Program-made: the position numbers and the translations under genes
Shown: piece after piece, positions 63,301 through 64,000 of the stretch
How positions within the stretch are numbered: position 1 is the first letter of the stretch
Layout of the letters: the number at the start of each line of letters is the position of its first letter
The notes under the pieces: model-generated
Seen by the model: only the letters and a program-made list of their open reading frames with translations
Told to the model about the DNA's origin: nothing
The model's database searches: none
NCBI GenBank assembly: GCA_964016885.1
Contig: OZ024743.1
Span: 283,526,001 to 283,590,000, forward strand
DNA length: 64,000 bases
Origin: Eledone cirrhosa
Taxonomy: Eukaryota
Direction of reading: 5' to 3'

Positions 63301-64000
63301 TGTTGATGTTGTTGGTGTTGGTGGTATTGTTGATGTTGTTGGTTTTGGTGGTGCTGTTGATGTTGTTGGTGTTAGTGGTGCTGTTGGTGTTGTTGGTGTT
63401 GGTGGTGCTGTTGATGTTGTTGGTGTTGGTGGTACTGTTGATGTTGTTGGTGTTGGTGGTGATGTTGATGTTGTTGGTGTTGGTGGTGCTGTTGATGTTG
63501 TTGGTGTTGGTGGTACTGTTGTTGTTGTTGGTGTTGGTGTTGGTGATACTGTTGATGTTGTTGGTGTTGGTGGTGCTGTTGATGTTGTTGGTGTTAGTGG
63601 TGCTGTTGATGTTGTTGGTGTTGGTGGTGCTGTTGATGTTGTTGGTGTTAGTGGTGCTGTTGATGTTGTTGGTGTTGGTGGTACTGTTGATGTTGTTGGT
63701 GTTGGTGGTACTGTTGTTGTTGTTGGTGTTGGTGTTGGTGATACTGTTGATGTTGTTGGTGTTGGTGGTGCTGTTGATGTTGTTGGTGTTGGTGGTACTG
63801 TTGATGTTGTTGGTGTTGGTGGTACTGTTGATGTTGTTGGTGTTGGTGGTGCTGTTGATGTTGTTGGTGTTGGTGGTACTGTTGATGTTGTTGGTGTTGC
63901 TGGTACTGTTGATGTTGTTGGTGTTAGTGGTACTGTTGATGTTGTTGGTGTTGGTGATGCTGTTGATGTTGTTGGTGTTGGTGGTGCTGTTGATGTTGTT
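45144..64000 (-). repeat. 27-bp satellite, right arm in inverted orientation (G/T-rich on +), ~700 units, continues beyond the window
   Basis: Unit TGTTGGTGTTGGTGGT[A/G]CTGTTGATGT is the reverse complement of the left-arm unit. It has its own variants and one-base deletions. Confidence 0.97.

Noticed and set aside
19890-64000. CRISPR-like array
   Set aside because: Pure tandem units with no unique spacers, no cas genes and a eukaryotic context.
45144-64000. G-quadruplex array
   Set aside because: Only GG doublets occur, with essentially no GGG runs, so at most weak two-tier structures that cannot be supported from sequence.

Overview
Eukaryotic (animal) repeat-dominated window with no supportable host gene. 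The SINE/MITE types resemble octopus repeats (from recall, not verified). 1-9.3 kb: two decayed, mutually diverged L1/Tx1-clade non-LTR retrotransposons on the minus strand, joined head-to-tail through an (ATT)n-like tail, plus tRNA-derived SINEs with clear target-site duplications. 9.3-19.7 kb: AT-rich DNA with RTE-clade LINE fragments, SINEs, a TTAA-type MITE and microsatellites. ~19.9-64 kb: one satellite family with a 27-bp unit (ACATCAACAG[T/C]ACCACCAACACCAACA), about 1,600 copies. It grows out of an (AAC/AAT) low-complexity tract, carries kb-scale higher-order duplications (one at exactly 6,000 bp offset), and flips strand with no spacer at ~45143, giving an inverted array of ~25 kb facing at least 19 kb. 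The left arm has no frameshifts and reads as a mucin-like PTS repeat; the right arm has at least 11 one-base deletions. The giant ORFs are largely a property of the unit, which is stop-free in 5 of 6 frames.
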